A stretch of DNA of 63,284 nucleotides, filler included, from Lenisia limosa (taxonomy: Eukaryota > Protista > Breviatea), in NCBI GenBank assembly GCA_001655205.1. It is 8 parts of 8 records of this genome, joined end to end, with 100 filler letters (N's around TTAATTAATTAA, not from the genome) between each part and the next. Parts side by side here need not be neighbours in the genome. Positions count along the whole stretch, not along the records: positions 32,187 to 37,760 come from LPNZ01007630.1; positions 37,861 to 46,490 come from LPNZ01003908.1; positions 46,591 to 63,284 come from LPNZ01011716.1; 5 more parts are not named here. The stretch is one strand, 5' to 3'. This document shows, one piece after another, positions 37,729-48,726 of this stretch. The notes beneath the pieces were generated by a model that searched no databases, was not told the DNA's origin, and worked only from the letters and a program-made list of their open reading frames with translations. The first letter of the stretch is position 1, and each line of letters begins with the position of its first letter. The position numbers were made by a program, and so were the translations under genes.

Positions 37729-40700
37729 TTAGATCGGCCGCTCGGCTCGCGATATCGCAANNNNNNNNNNNNNNNNNNNNNNNNNNNNNNNNNNNNNNNN
37801 NNNNTTAATTAATTAANNNNNNNNNNNNNNNNNNNNNNNNNNNNNNNNNNNNNNNNNNNNACCACTCCCATCATCCCCCAGACGGTGTTAACCACTCCCA
37901 TCATCCCCCAGACGGTGTTATCGCTGTCCTTGTCAATTGGATTGAGCTGCGATTCGGCACTTTCTTTCTCTTCATCAATCTACAAGGTCAATGTAATCAC
38001 AAAAAATAGTTTGCTTCATTTGTGTTGCATCATTTGGTCAACCAGAGAAATGAACAATACTACACCGCCACAAGATAAGCACCAACCTTAGCGTATTTAT
38101 TTTCGGTCGCCTTCAGCACAAAAGTGAGGACAAATGCAATGGAAATCATGACACCTGAACGTGTCAACTCAAATATAATGTGACGCCTTAGAGATAAATA
38201 TTAAACAAAAGAAGACACCCCCCCCCCCAACTGGCAATCATGAAAGGATACTCCTTCTTTATGTCAAAAAGGAACCTGGGGGGTTAATTAGGAGGGAAAT
38301 GAATATGTGCCAAGAAGAAAATGCATTACACATCATAGTCTACTATCTACTACGTAGAAATGTGAATAACCCAAGAAATCCAAAACGTTCACCTAATAGG
38401 GCCCTCGCATACCCGAAGAGAGTCGGGGTGATGATTTGACTCATTGACATCGCACTAAAGTATCTGCCTGTAATTGTGCCTTGGTACTTAGCTTTTGCAT
38501 ATCTGAGGAGGGGGGGATAAAAGTACACAGTCATACGCGCAGATTCCTAATACCCAAAAAAAAACATGTTTTTTACAATTTTGTTTAGTCCAATATTATT
38601 CTTTTTTATACTATTATAGCACCAACTTTGAGCATAGAATGGGACCAAGGGGTTGCGAAAGACCGAAACCCACAAAGCCGGTCATAATGCCAACAACCTA
38701 GGGGGTAAAGAGGACAATGGTGCTGTTCAAAAACAAACTATAGTAGATAAATAGTTCCAAAAATGAAGGTCCCTTCAAACTTGCATCCAAAACTCTGGGT
38801 AGTAGATGATGAGCGAGACAGTACCGAAGATAGCAATGCCGATATGATCTACTCCGTTAGTTCGTTAATTCTAAGATGAACATCACATCAAGTTGATTCA
38901 AGATGAATGGAGAATTTTGAGCCGAAGTGTCAATATAATCAAAGCACAGAACGGTTTTCTTGTGACCGGGGCATACAAGTTCGGTATTCTCCCAGAGATT
39001 TGAGGAATCGTTTGAATATAGTTGCCTTGGATATTAGAGGAAGAACAAAAGGACATGCGACCCCCTCAAAGGATAAAGATGACACCACCACCCCACTTGG
39101 ACAATGGTGAACGTAATACCAGTACCACTCCCAATAAAGCCGAAGACCAGAGCTCCGTGCCCAAACTCCTCACTAAACAATGTTAAAAGGCCGGGGAGAG
39201 AATATGTAAATGGCACCTCCCTACATGGGGGATATCGAATCAATATAAAGGTCATATCTCATATGATATGCATTCAGAGATTAGTAAAAAAACGACATTT
39301 AAGGAAATGAGAAGACTGTATACTGCCTCACTAGATATAGAGTCCATAAAGTGCGCCGATAACAGTCATGTTGGTGAAGATGCAGAAGCCAATGAAAACG
39401 ATCATATGAACCACTGAGTCCGGCCGGTTGTTGACGACCTTTTTCTCGGGTTTCTGTTTGGTCAAATATTGCGAATAATATAAAGAGTGTAGATACCATA
39501 ACAATATCAAATATTCAGGGAACAAATACAACAATCTGTTAGCTTACAGGGTCATCTTCCTCCTCAGCCAAATTATCAAGGGAACCTGAAGAGTCAGCAA
39601 AAAGGCAAATCACAAACAAATCCTGTCCTCTGCAACAATCAGATTAACAGGCATTATCAACATACAAAAAAAAAAAACACGTCTTGTCACCCTGAACAAC
39701 ACGCACCCCCTCCTCCACGTCTTGTCACCCACTTGATGACGGAATTCGCTGAATTGATGCTCTCAGATAGACGGGAGTAAAGCACGTGGTTGGAGCAGCA
39801 TACATGGATTCCCTGAGGAGGGCAAAGGTAACAGAATGGCAATAACACCTGCAGAACTTCAAAGTAATTGAAAGATTGAAATGAAGGCATTATAAATGGG
39901 CCCGTCATTCCACACAACACTGAACTCTCCACAACCAACTTGAGATTGAAAAACGCGAATATGAACGACATTGAAGCACCAAAAGCTGAAACAAACAGCG
40001 GTGTTCTTAGGGATATCATGGAGAGCAAGCCGCCTTGAGATGTGACTTATCGTATATCAAATTGATATTCTGATAATGAACTTTTTACAGATCTTTGGGT
40101 ATTTGATACTGTAGACAGAAAAAAATGGATCTGTAGCCCCTTCCTCACCAAGAAGAGGTCCAATAACGAAAGCCATTCCAATGGTCATCCCCACACGAGC
40201 CTGGTTGATCTTTCGATCCATCTGGGAGGGGAGGATTAGTAGAGCTTCACTTCAGAATGAATTCACCCTTTGCATATTATTGTTTCTACATACAGTTGTA
40301 TCTCATCAAATAAGTTGAAATGGCCCGGTGACACACTCAAAAAAAGACAGAATTTCTAGATCAGAACTTTTTCTGCCAATACCATGGCCACTGTAGAAAA
40401 TAAACCATAGCCACTCACCCCCGTTCTGGTGTCACTGATGTACGCGAGTGCCACGGTACCGCTTCCAGCAAAGAGACCGCCAAGTAGTCGCGCTAAGAGG
40501 AGGAACGCGTATGTCGTTGAAAGTCCTGGATGGTGAAGCAAGGAGAATATTTGAAAGTCCTGGGTGGTAGTGAAGCAAGGAGAATATTTTAAATGTATCA
40601 CATACTATGAGATAGGTTGTCATTCAGAACTTCATCAGAGTTTCATTAATGCTGGCAGCAAAAACAATATTGAATGAGTCTTTTAGATAGCTTGAGACTT

Positions 40701-41604
40701 TCTTTCAAAACCAACCCGCTAGCAGATAGCTGACGGCGGAACCGAAGATAAACAGCAGAATAACAGGACGCCGGCCGACATTGTCGCAGAGCATTCCTCC
40801 TGGGGGAGTAAAACGAAGGAAATATTGATGAAGAATATTGGCGTAAAGGTACTAACCACGAAACGAATAATCTGACACTCCAAACAAACAAAAAACAAAA
40901 AACAAGCAATAACACGAGCAACCAACGCTAAAACTAGACAAGAGCCAGATGACAATAAAACAAACAAAGCCCAGGACAGTCGCTTCTGCAGCCCATCACT
41001 AAAAAATGTAGAAGCTGTTTGAGACAAAACAAAACAAATAATCAACTCTACAAAAATTTGAGAAACATGTGATTAGATTCTTAGATTCTCCAAGTCATAA
41101 CTATTAACCAATTTATAAACACCTGGACAGTTGTGTCAAATGCGCATGTTGTTCTACCAAAGCTAAAATGAAAAATAATGGCTTCTCATTCCAGAATTGG
41201 AAACCCAAATCAACCTAAATCAACCCGCAACTACAGCCCTACCAAAGAGAGTGGAAATAAATTGTGTCACAGCGTAAGCACCAACGAGAACTCCAAGCAT
41301 GGTGGCGTTAGCGCCAAGACTGGGGGGGGGGGGATGAAAACAACCAATCGGACGACCAAGTTGTGAATTAGCCCTGGGCTTACTCTGCCGCGAGCGTTGG
41401 AAGGATCGGAATGATGACAGAAAAGCCGAGCCCATCAATTAGGATACTGATGAAGACGAACAGCAACGATGGCGGCTTGATAATCTCTTCACTCGTTGCA
41501 ATGGCTTCGTCATTTGACTCTTCAGATGACGGCGCATGCCCATCCTTGGGGATCTCATGTTTCATTTCAACAGGGGGGACAGATTCTTCCTCTGATGTAC
41601 TCAT
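37729..41604 (-). CDS. Major facilitator superfamily transporter, TetA/DHA1 (MFSD10-like)
   Basis: LLFVFISILIDGLGFSVIIPILP|, LGVLVGAYAVTQFISTLF, motif A GMLCDNVGRRPVILL (exon starting 40799), LLLARLLGGLFAG and VALAYISD. Multiple introns. The last exon (AISRAERPI*) lies across a linker. Confidence 0.9.
40800..41001 (-). repeat. Family E element whose 3' end is the acceptor of the MFS motif-A exon
   Basis: Minus strand reads TAGTGATGGGCTGCAGAAGCGACTGTCCTGGGCTTTGTTTG...TTTTACTCCCCCAG|GAGGAATGCTCTGC. Confidence 0.75.
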
Positions 41605-41896
41605 CTTACTCCGTTGACTTCTTGGATTCAGAAGTCACGCAGCCTAGCGGCTGATCTAGAGGGGGTGAGAGTGGCGAGACAATGGTGTGATGCAAAAATC
41701 TGCAACTCAATATTCAATCCCTTCGAATTTTCTTCTACAAATATTCCTGTGTTGTATTTGGGTGAGAGCTTTGGAAGCAGCGCAAACCCCACCTATAACG
41801 CGTCCTGTAATGAAGCGTTACCCTAGAATATTATTTACTTAGAAAAAAAATAAAAAAAAATAAAAAAAAACCCGGGAAAAGTCTCCTGCCGTGATT

Positions 41897-44800
41897 ATGC
41901 CAGGTATGCATGTTATATGATAAAATATATTGATGAGGATTGGATAGACAACATTTCTAATACCTAGAAATCCATACTGGAATCAAGCTTTTCGTTGGCC
42001 GTTTGCCCTTTGCTTTCGGTGATGAAGAGTTCAAGAAAGCCATTGAAAGCTTTGGAACCATTGTCAGCGCACATGTGCTCCGTGATAAAAGCACTGGTCG
42101 CTCAAGAGGTCTGCTCGTCCCCATATTAGCTAAATTGGAACAAATACAGGAATATGATGGTTTTTTTAATAGCAAGCTTTTGATACGCTTCCTTTTCTAC
42201 TGTTCTGTATAGCTGTGATCTTTTCCTGCCCTTCTTCGGTATTAAAATACGCATTAGCCTTCTGTGATGCAATCTGCCATTCTAACATGACAGGCTGTGG
42301 CTTTGTTGAGTTCGAGACCCGTGAATCTGCTGAGAACCTAATGGAGACGTACAACCAGAAGTTCAGCTTCCCCGGGGTAAGTTGGAGTAGAAAGACACGT
42401 ATATATTGATATAACTATTTTCTAAACACGATTAATTTTGTGCATGCTAAACTCCGCAGGTTAACAAGGCCACAGAGATCCATTGGGCGGATAACAACGG
42501 ACCAGACTCATTCAAACTCTTCTTTGCTTCCGTCCCAACTACTTACGAGGAGGCTGATGTGGGTGCAAGAGGGGGAGGGGGTGCTGCAGGTTTATTATGC
42601 ACCAGTAGCGTGTTGGACACCTAGTCTGGAAAATCAAAGATTGCTTTTTGTTTCTCGAAGGTTTCTTGATTGTATTTCGGGTTTTGATGATGCAAAGGGA
42701 AGGGTACTCTTGATTGGACCTGCTTTTTTTTTTTTCCTATGATGTGTTCAAAGAGAAAAAAATGAAGATGCTGTCGGCCCTGGGTTAGCTTATAGTTAGA
42801 TATTTTTCTGTAGTTTGGTAGTTAAACATTGACGGTATACCACACCTGTGTGGAGACCTGCATTTTGTGTCTATGATTGCTCCAATTATGATTGAAAACA
42901 CTTTATCTGACCTTTCTTTCATCTGCAGTTTTGACCGTTGCTGAGGTATCCGTTCGTTTTGACCTTTTTGTTGAACGTGTTGTCTCGTTTCCTGTGTTTA
43001 ACTTGTTAGTTGGAGCAGCTGTTTTCCCGGGCGGGAACTGTCCGTGAAGTGTTTATCTTGCGCAACCATGATAAGTCATCGAAGGGTGTGTGGATTGTTA
43101 CAATGGCTGCTTTTCTGCTGATCGCGTGCGTCTTTGAGTTTGTTCATTTGATTCTAGCACTAATGTTGGATGATGAAAGGGTTTATTGGATAGTGATACA
43201 TTGTTCTGGATAGGGGGGTGATAACGGCTACCTACATTGATATCGAATTTTAATAATAATGCAATGGAGCCTGTAATCGCCTTCCATTCCAACGCTTTAG
43301 GATGCGGATTCCTCCGTATGAACCACAGAGGTGAAGCCGAGCGAGCTATTGCAATGTTCAATGAAGTCACTCCCGAGGTAAGACTTCCTGGCTCACTTAC
43401 ATTTAGACTTTTACATTTGTCGATTTTGTGAGCAATTGCCCAAAATTTGATATCTCAGACTTTTCCCTTCATAATTTCAAATATGCTTTCTATAACTCCC
43501 TCATTAGGGATGCAACACTGAGCTTGTGGTGCGCTTTGCTGACCAGAAGGTGGGTAGCCACTCGTTTTAATAGCAGATCCTTTTCTTATATCTCATTTCC
43601 ATTTTATTGCGGTGGTGTCACTTACATTGCCAGAAGCCACAGCACCAGCAACAGAGCAACATGAACGCATTGGGTTCTAAACCGATGAATATGGGCGCAA
43701 TGAACCCCATGGCCCAAATGCTTCAACAACAGCAGCTTCAGCAGCGACAGCAACAGATGAACATGGGTATGGGGATAGTAAGTAGTCACTTGACCTTGTT
43801 TAATCTGGTTTGAATTGGTCTTTGTGCTTCTTTAGATCATATCACTATTCATACATCATCATATAGGCGCTAACATGAGTGGTATGGACGCTATGCAGCA
43901 AATGCTTCTCAAACAGAACATGCAGGTATGCATGGGGACTGTTGTTGAATTTTTCCTACCGAACTTTATTATTGTGACGTTTGGAATCTCGGGATTTTAC
44001 GCGTTCTCCCCAAAGGGTCGTTGATTCAGTGTAATGAATAACACTATAGCCGGTATTGAGTTAACAACCGTAACCGATCCTATTTTGAGCAGTTTGCTGA
44101 TGTCATACCTCTAGTTAATGCAAGCCCTCCGTACGATGCAGTCCATGCAACAAATGTCCGGCCAGTCCCAACAAATGCCGTCCATGGACAACATGGCCAT
44201 GCAACCTTTAATGTCTTCAGCCTCCATGCCTGCTGCTAATATGTCGATGATGGGCATGCAGGGACGCGGTGAAATCTCCGAGCTTGCTCCTGAGCCAACT
44301 CAGGTTTGGAGGTTACAAAATACTCCTTCAGACTTTTATTTCTGCATTTTTGATGTAATATTGCTCAAATAGACCAAGTAACACGTCCTGATGATTATTA
44401 TTGTATGTGTGAATGTGGTTGAATAGGTTCCCGTTCACCCTCTCCCACCCCCTCCTTTCCAGTGTAGACTGCTTTCTTCCTGCATAATTTCGACGTGTGT
44501 TATCCCTCCGTGTGTTCGTTACTAAGCTCCTAGGACGATTCCATGGGTCAAATGAACATGATGGGCTCCATGGGCAATCAAATGGACCAAATGAACCAGA
44601 TGAAACAAATGAACCAAATGAAGCAGATGGAGGCAATGAGCCAAGGCTCCGGCGGAATGGGAATGATGGGAATGAACAAAATGCAGCAGATGGGTATGGA
44701 CGCAGGCATGACTCCCATGGGATCTATGGGAGGAGGAATGGGATCTATGGGAGGAGGAATGGGATCTATGGGATCTATGAACGCAGGGATGACAGGCTCC

Positions 44801-45464
44801 AACGCATCTCTTCCGGAAAACAAGTCTGGACCTCCTGGCGCAAACCTCTTCGTTTACAACCTTCCTAAGGTAGGAGAAAGGGCTGGGACCTCAGTATTAT
44901 ATCAAAATCAATAGATTGTATTTTTACTCGATTTAGCATAAAATTCCTTTTTTTGGGGGGAGTGTGATTGTATACGAGAACCCTCCCTATCGCGCCCATT
45001 GATTGGATTAGGCCTACGGTCAATCCGAAGTTGCGCAGCTTTTCAGCTCATACGGCACTGTCATTTCTGCCAAGGTCATGACGGACCCCCAAACCGGACG
45101 TTCAAAGTGCTTCGGTAAGATATGTTGAATAATCAGCAGAGAACAGATAATGAGACTAAAAATCAAATCTTTCAAATAGATCACACCGGGAGGGGGGGGG
45201 GGGGGAAANNNNNNNNNNNNNNNNNNNNNNNNNNNNNNNNNNNNNNNNCACTCCTGATACTCTTGTAGGTTTTGTGTCGTACAATACACCAGCTGAAGCC
45301 CAATCCGCCATCGGAGGCCTCAATGGACAGGTTGAGGGGGGAGTTGTAAAGCTATAACTGTTCCTGTAGTGCTGAACCAAAATAACACAGCGTTATTCAT
45401 TCTGTAGACTCTGATGGGATTCAAGCTGAAGGTAGATGTCAAGAAGGAGCGTTCTCCTTACTAA
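41897..45464 (+). CDS. CELF: CELF/Bruno-family RNA-binding protein (RRM-RRM-linker-RRM)
   Basis: RRM1 KLFVGRLP...RSRG|CGFVEF; RRM2 KLFFASVP...SSK|GCGFLRM...LVVRFAD; RRM3 GPPGANLFVYNLP...SAKVMTDPQTGRSKCFG|FVSYNTP...LKVDVKK. Stop 45462-45464. Confidence 0.92.
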
Positions 45465-45532
45465 TTCTCATGGTCTCTTTTGTATCGCTGTAATAATCAT
45501 GTATTTTATTTCTACGTATCCATTGATAGTAA

Positions 45533-45630
45533 ATGATTGGGTGAATTAATAGTTTTCTAGTATAATCCAATATCTCATGTGGACGGCTTTGGCCAGCTAC
45601 ATCCTGACTTTTCATTTCTCATTTCTATCT
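45533..45630 (+). repeat. Family C dispersed repeat, just 3' of CELF
   Basis: ATGATTGGGTGAATTAAT...GTGGACGGCTTTGGCCAG...CATTTCTCAT. Confidence 0.75.
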
Positions 45631-45953
45631 ACTTGGGTAGGCCTAACTTTTGCAAATAATGTGAAGACACCTAAGTATCATGATTTTTTTCATGTTGAGA
45701 TTGAACATGCGGAATAACCGGCCTGAGAATACATTCCTTAGTGTAAATGATCTTTATCACCTGTACCCTCCAGGGCCTCCGAGCGCCCCGTGTGTCAAGC
45801 TCAAGGGGAGATTTTGGGGGGTCTATAGTGGACCTTTACAACACACAATAAATATCTATATGATACTATAACATGGAGATTGTGTGAAAGAAGTCCCATA
45901 CAAATACATCACGCGACTCTACACTGAAACAAGAAACAAAAAAAGACTGCCGT

Positions 45954-46250
45954 TTAGCGTCTGAAAAAGGCCAGGCCGGCGGCGGCGACAACGGCCACAC
46001 CCACGGCAATGGAGGCATAGGTCCAGAACTGGTCCAACTCAGCAGACTCACCCTCCTTCATCGGCTCAATCTTTACTGAGGGCTGGGGGGTCAGGAATAT
46101 TGCCATTATTTGAGGACAAATGAATCTCTAATCTTATACCAAGTATTTTAATTTGAGCTTGTATGATTAAGTATCTAACACGCTCCTCACCTCCTGCATC
46201 ATCATCATCTGTTGCTGCTGTTGGGGAGGGGCGAAGGCTTCCATCTCCAT
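45954..46250 (-). CDS. 62-aa tail-anchored microprotein (2 exons)
   Basis: GCCGCCATGG start context. Exon 1 is 46250-46191 (MEMEAFAPPQQQQQMMMMQE|gtgagg). Exon 2 is 46082-45954 (PSVKIEPMKEGESAELDQFWTYASIAVGVAVVAAAGLAFFRR*), joined in phase 0. Confidence 0.7.
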
Positions 46251-46343
46251 GGCGGCAATGAATTGTTCTGTGATGTAAAGGAGTGCTGATTGAAGTGGTT
46301 TGTTTTCAAGGAAGAGTAAATTTTCAATAGTATCTATCAAAGT

Positions 46344-46438
46344 TAGGGCTTCCCTACGGTCCCAAAATAAGACCAAATAGCTTGATAAATCCTCGATAAA
46401 TATCGAAATTTGAACGGTCTTTTCACAGGGAAGCCCTA
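46344..46438. mobile_element. Family B hAT-type MITE with perfect 8-bp TSD
   Basis: ATCAAAGT-TAGGGCTTCCCTACGG...CAGGGAAGCCCTA-ATCAAAGT. Confidence 0.93.
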
Positions 46439-46590
46439 ATCAAAGTATATACTCATAAACGCACATTTCATCATTTTTACACTCACACTCNNNNNNNNNN
46501 NNNNNNNNNNNNNNNNNNNNNNNNNNNNNNNNNNTTAATTAATTAANNNNNNNNNNNNNNNNNNNNNNNNNNNNNNNNNNNNNNNNNNNN

Positions 46591-48570
46591 GACTCTTTTT
46601 GACCGCCGTTTTGGTGAGGTGTTGTCAGTCGGCAACTGGGTTATTTTGGCAGCAATTGTGGATACGACTTCTCAAGCTCTCTGCACTATAGGGCTCTTTA
46701 TGTCAGGGTCTTTGGTATGTCTGAGGTGGTGGTGGTTTCTAGTACAATGTCATTTAGATTGGACAGTTTCGATGAGATATTACTCATTTGTTTTGTTTTT
46801 TATTTCCTCAAAATAATTGTATCCTCTCCTCACACCCAGGTCTTCACCACGATCTACAGCACCATGTCCGTTTGGGTGGCTATTGCCAGTCGAGTGGTCT
46901 TTGGAAGACAATTGACATCGGCAAAATGGGCGGCTATAGGTGGGTCACGATATGCCATTAGGTTTTCAGCTGGAATGAATATCTTTACAGGATAAGACTT
47001 CTTCACGACTTGCGTAACAGTGTTTTTACTCTGCAGGGATAGTGACAGCTGGCCTGGCGTTTGTTAGTTTGGAAAGTGCCAATGGTAAGAGGATGCTGTT
47101 TTTGTATGGTAATTACTCTGTGGAGTATTAAACTATTTGGGTTTTATGTGCATTTCCACATAGCATTATTATATATTTCATTCAATTGCCTATAGCTCCA
47201 AAGGGTGGTCAAATTGGAGTCATCATTTTCCTCATTGGAACTATTCTACACAGTTTCATGTATATCATCAATGAGCATCTGCTGACAAGNNNNNNNNNNN
47301 NNNNNNNNNNNNNNNNNNNNNNNNNNNNNNNNNNNNNNNNNNNNNNNNNNNNNNNNNNNNNNNNNNNNNNNNNNNNNNNNNNNNNNNNNNNNNNNNNNNN
47401 NNNNNNNNNNNNNNNNNNTTTTTGAGATTAAATTGATTGCAGGGAGTTGCACTCCAATGGTTGTTTAAATTAGCTCTTACAATAGAAATCCGTTCATGTA
47501 CTATAAAATATGATGGCTGCTGACTTTGACCAAAAACCGTCTTTTCCCTTCGCATTGTCACCCCCAGACCCGTGGCGGGACATTGGCTCTGTGCGACTTA
47601 CGGCATTGCTGGCATGGCCCTCTGTCTCCTCTGGATGGGTAGGCTTGATGGCAAACTGTAATGTGATGTTGTAATGGGGATACAGAATCGACTTGCCAAG
47701 ATGTGGCTTGTTCGCTTTCAAACCGAGCCTGTTGACTTGATTTTGGGGTTTTGTTTCATACACTCTCATCCTTCTCCCCTGGCACACTTCTAATAATTCA
47801 GCTTTTATTTCAGCGCCACAGTGGAATGAACTTGTTCGGATCCCAATAGAACACGCTGGCTGGGGCTATGGCTGGGTAACTTGTATGCGGGAATGGGTCG
47901 GAAGAGGGGAGGGTTATCTTGTTTTTGTATACTGAGGGGAGGGGATAGTATTGTGTTTTCTCGGGGTTGGAGGATATATATTGGCTGATGGTCTGAAACA
48001 GAAAGGTAAAGGAAGTAGAGCCTTTCCGATTGAATTTTCCATCTCATACCCTCGCCATGTTGACTCTCTAGTTTTCCTGTTATCACTGGCGTTAATTGAC
48101 TTCGGCCACTCCGGATCATTTTACCTGCTACTTGGTGCAGAAGGCTCAGTTTCAATGGGTGGGCATAAGGTGACCTTTTGACTGCTCAAAAGCCGTTTGC
48201 TCAACATAAATTGAGACTGTTAATCAGGCCGGCCTTATGTATGCTTTCAATTGTCATCGACAATTCCGATTTTTAGAGCGGTTTCACATTGCGAATGATA
48301 CTGTGACCATTTTTGAGATAGTGACAAGAGATTCTGTGACCGTTTTAGGGATCGTGAAAGCGATTCAGTCCGCTTTGGTGTTTGTTGTGGGTGGTGTGAC
48401 CCTCTGTCACATGTTGCCTTCTCAGTGTTTTACCCTATATAAAGGTGGGGGGCTATTGTTTAAAGGTATTCAGTATCTTTTGGTGACTCTGCTTAGGTAT
48501 TTCTTTGTTTCTTGTTCTTTGTGGAGCTCTGGTCTATGGTGGACAGTTGCGCCTCCCATTTTTGGACTAG
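46591..48570 (+). CDS. Drug/metabolite transporter superfamily member (SLC35F6/CRT-like); 5' exons lost in gap
   Basis: Hydrophobic exons AAIVDTTSQALCTIGLFMSGS|VFTTIYSTMSVWVAIASRVVFGRQLTSAKWAAI|GIVTAGLAFVS, GVIIFLIGTILHSFMYIINEHLL, and VTVLGIVKAIQSALVFVVG. Confidence 0.75.
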
Positions 48571-48726
48571 TGTCGTCGTATGGTATCGTATTAGGTAAAC
48601 TGTTTCCCCATGTTTTAAATGTTGTAATGAATTATTTATTATGTCGGATCACTGTAAGAAGGCAACATCAAATTGAGACATAAATAAAAGGTTGAAATGA
48701 CGAAAATTTATACATCAATCCGTTGC

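Noticed and set aside
37729-41604. Horizontally acquired bacterial tetracycline-resistance gene
   Set aside because: The gene has many spliceosomal introns, and DHA1/MFSD10-type transporters are normal eukaryotic genes.
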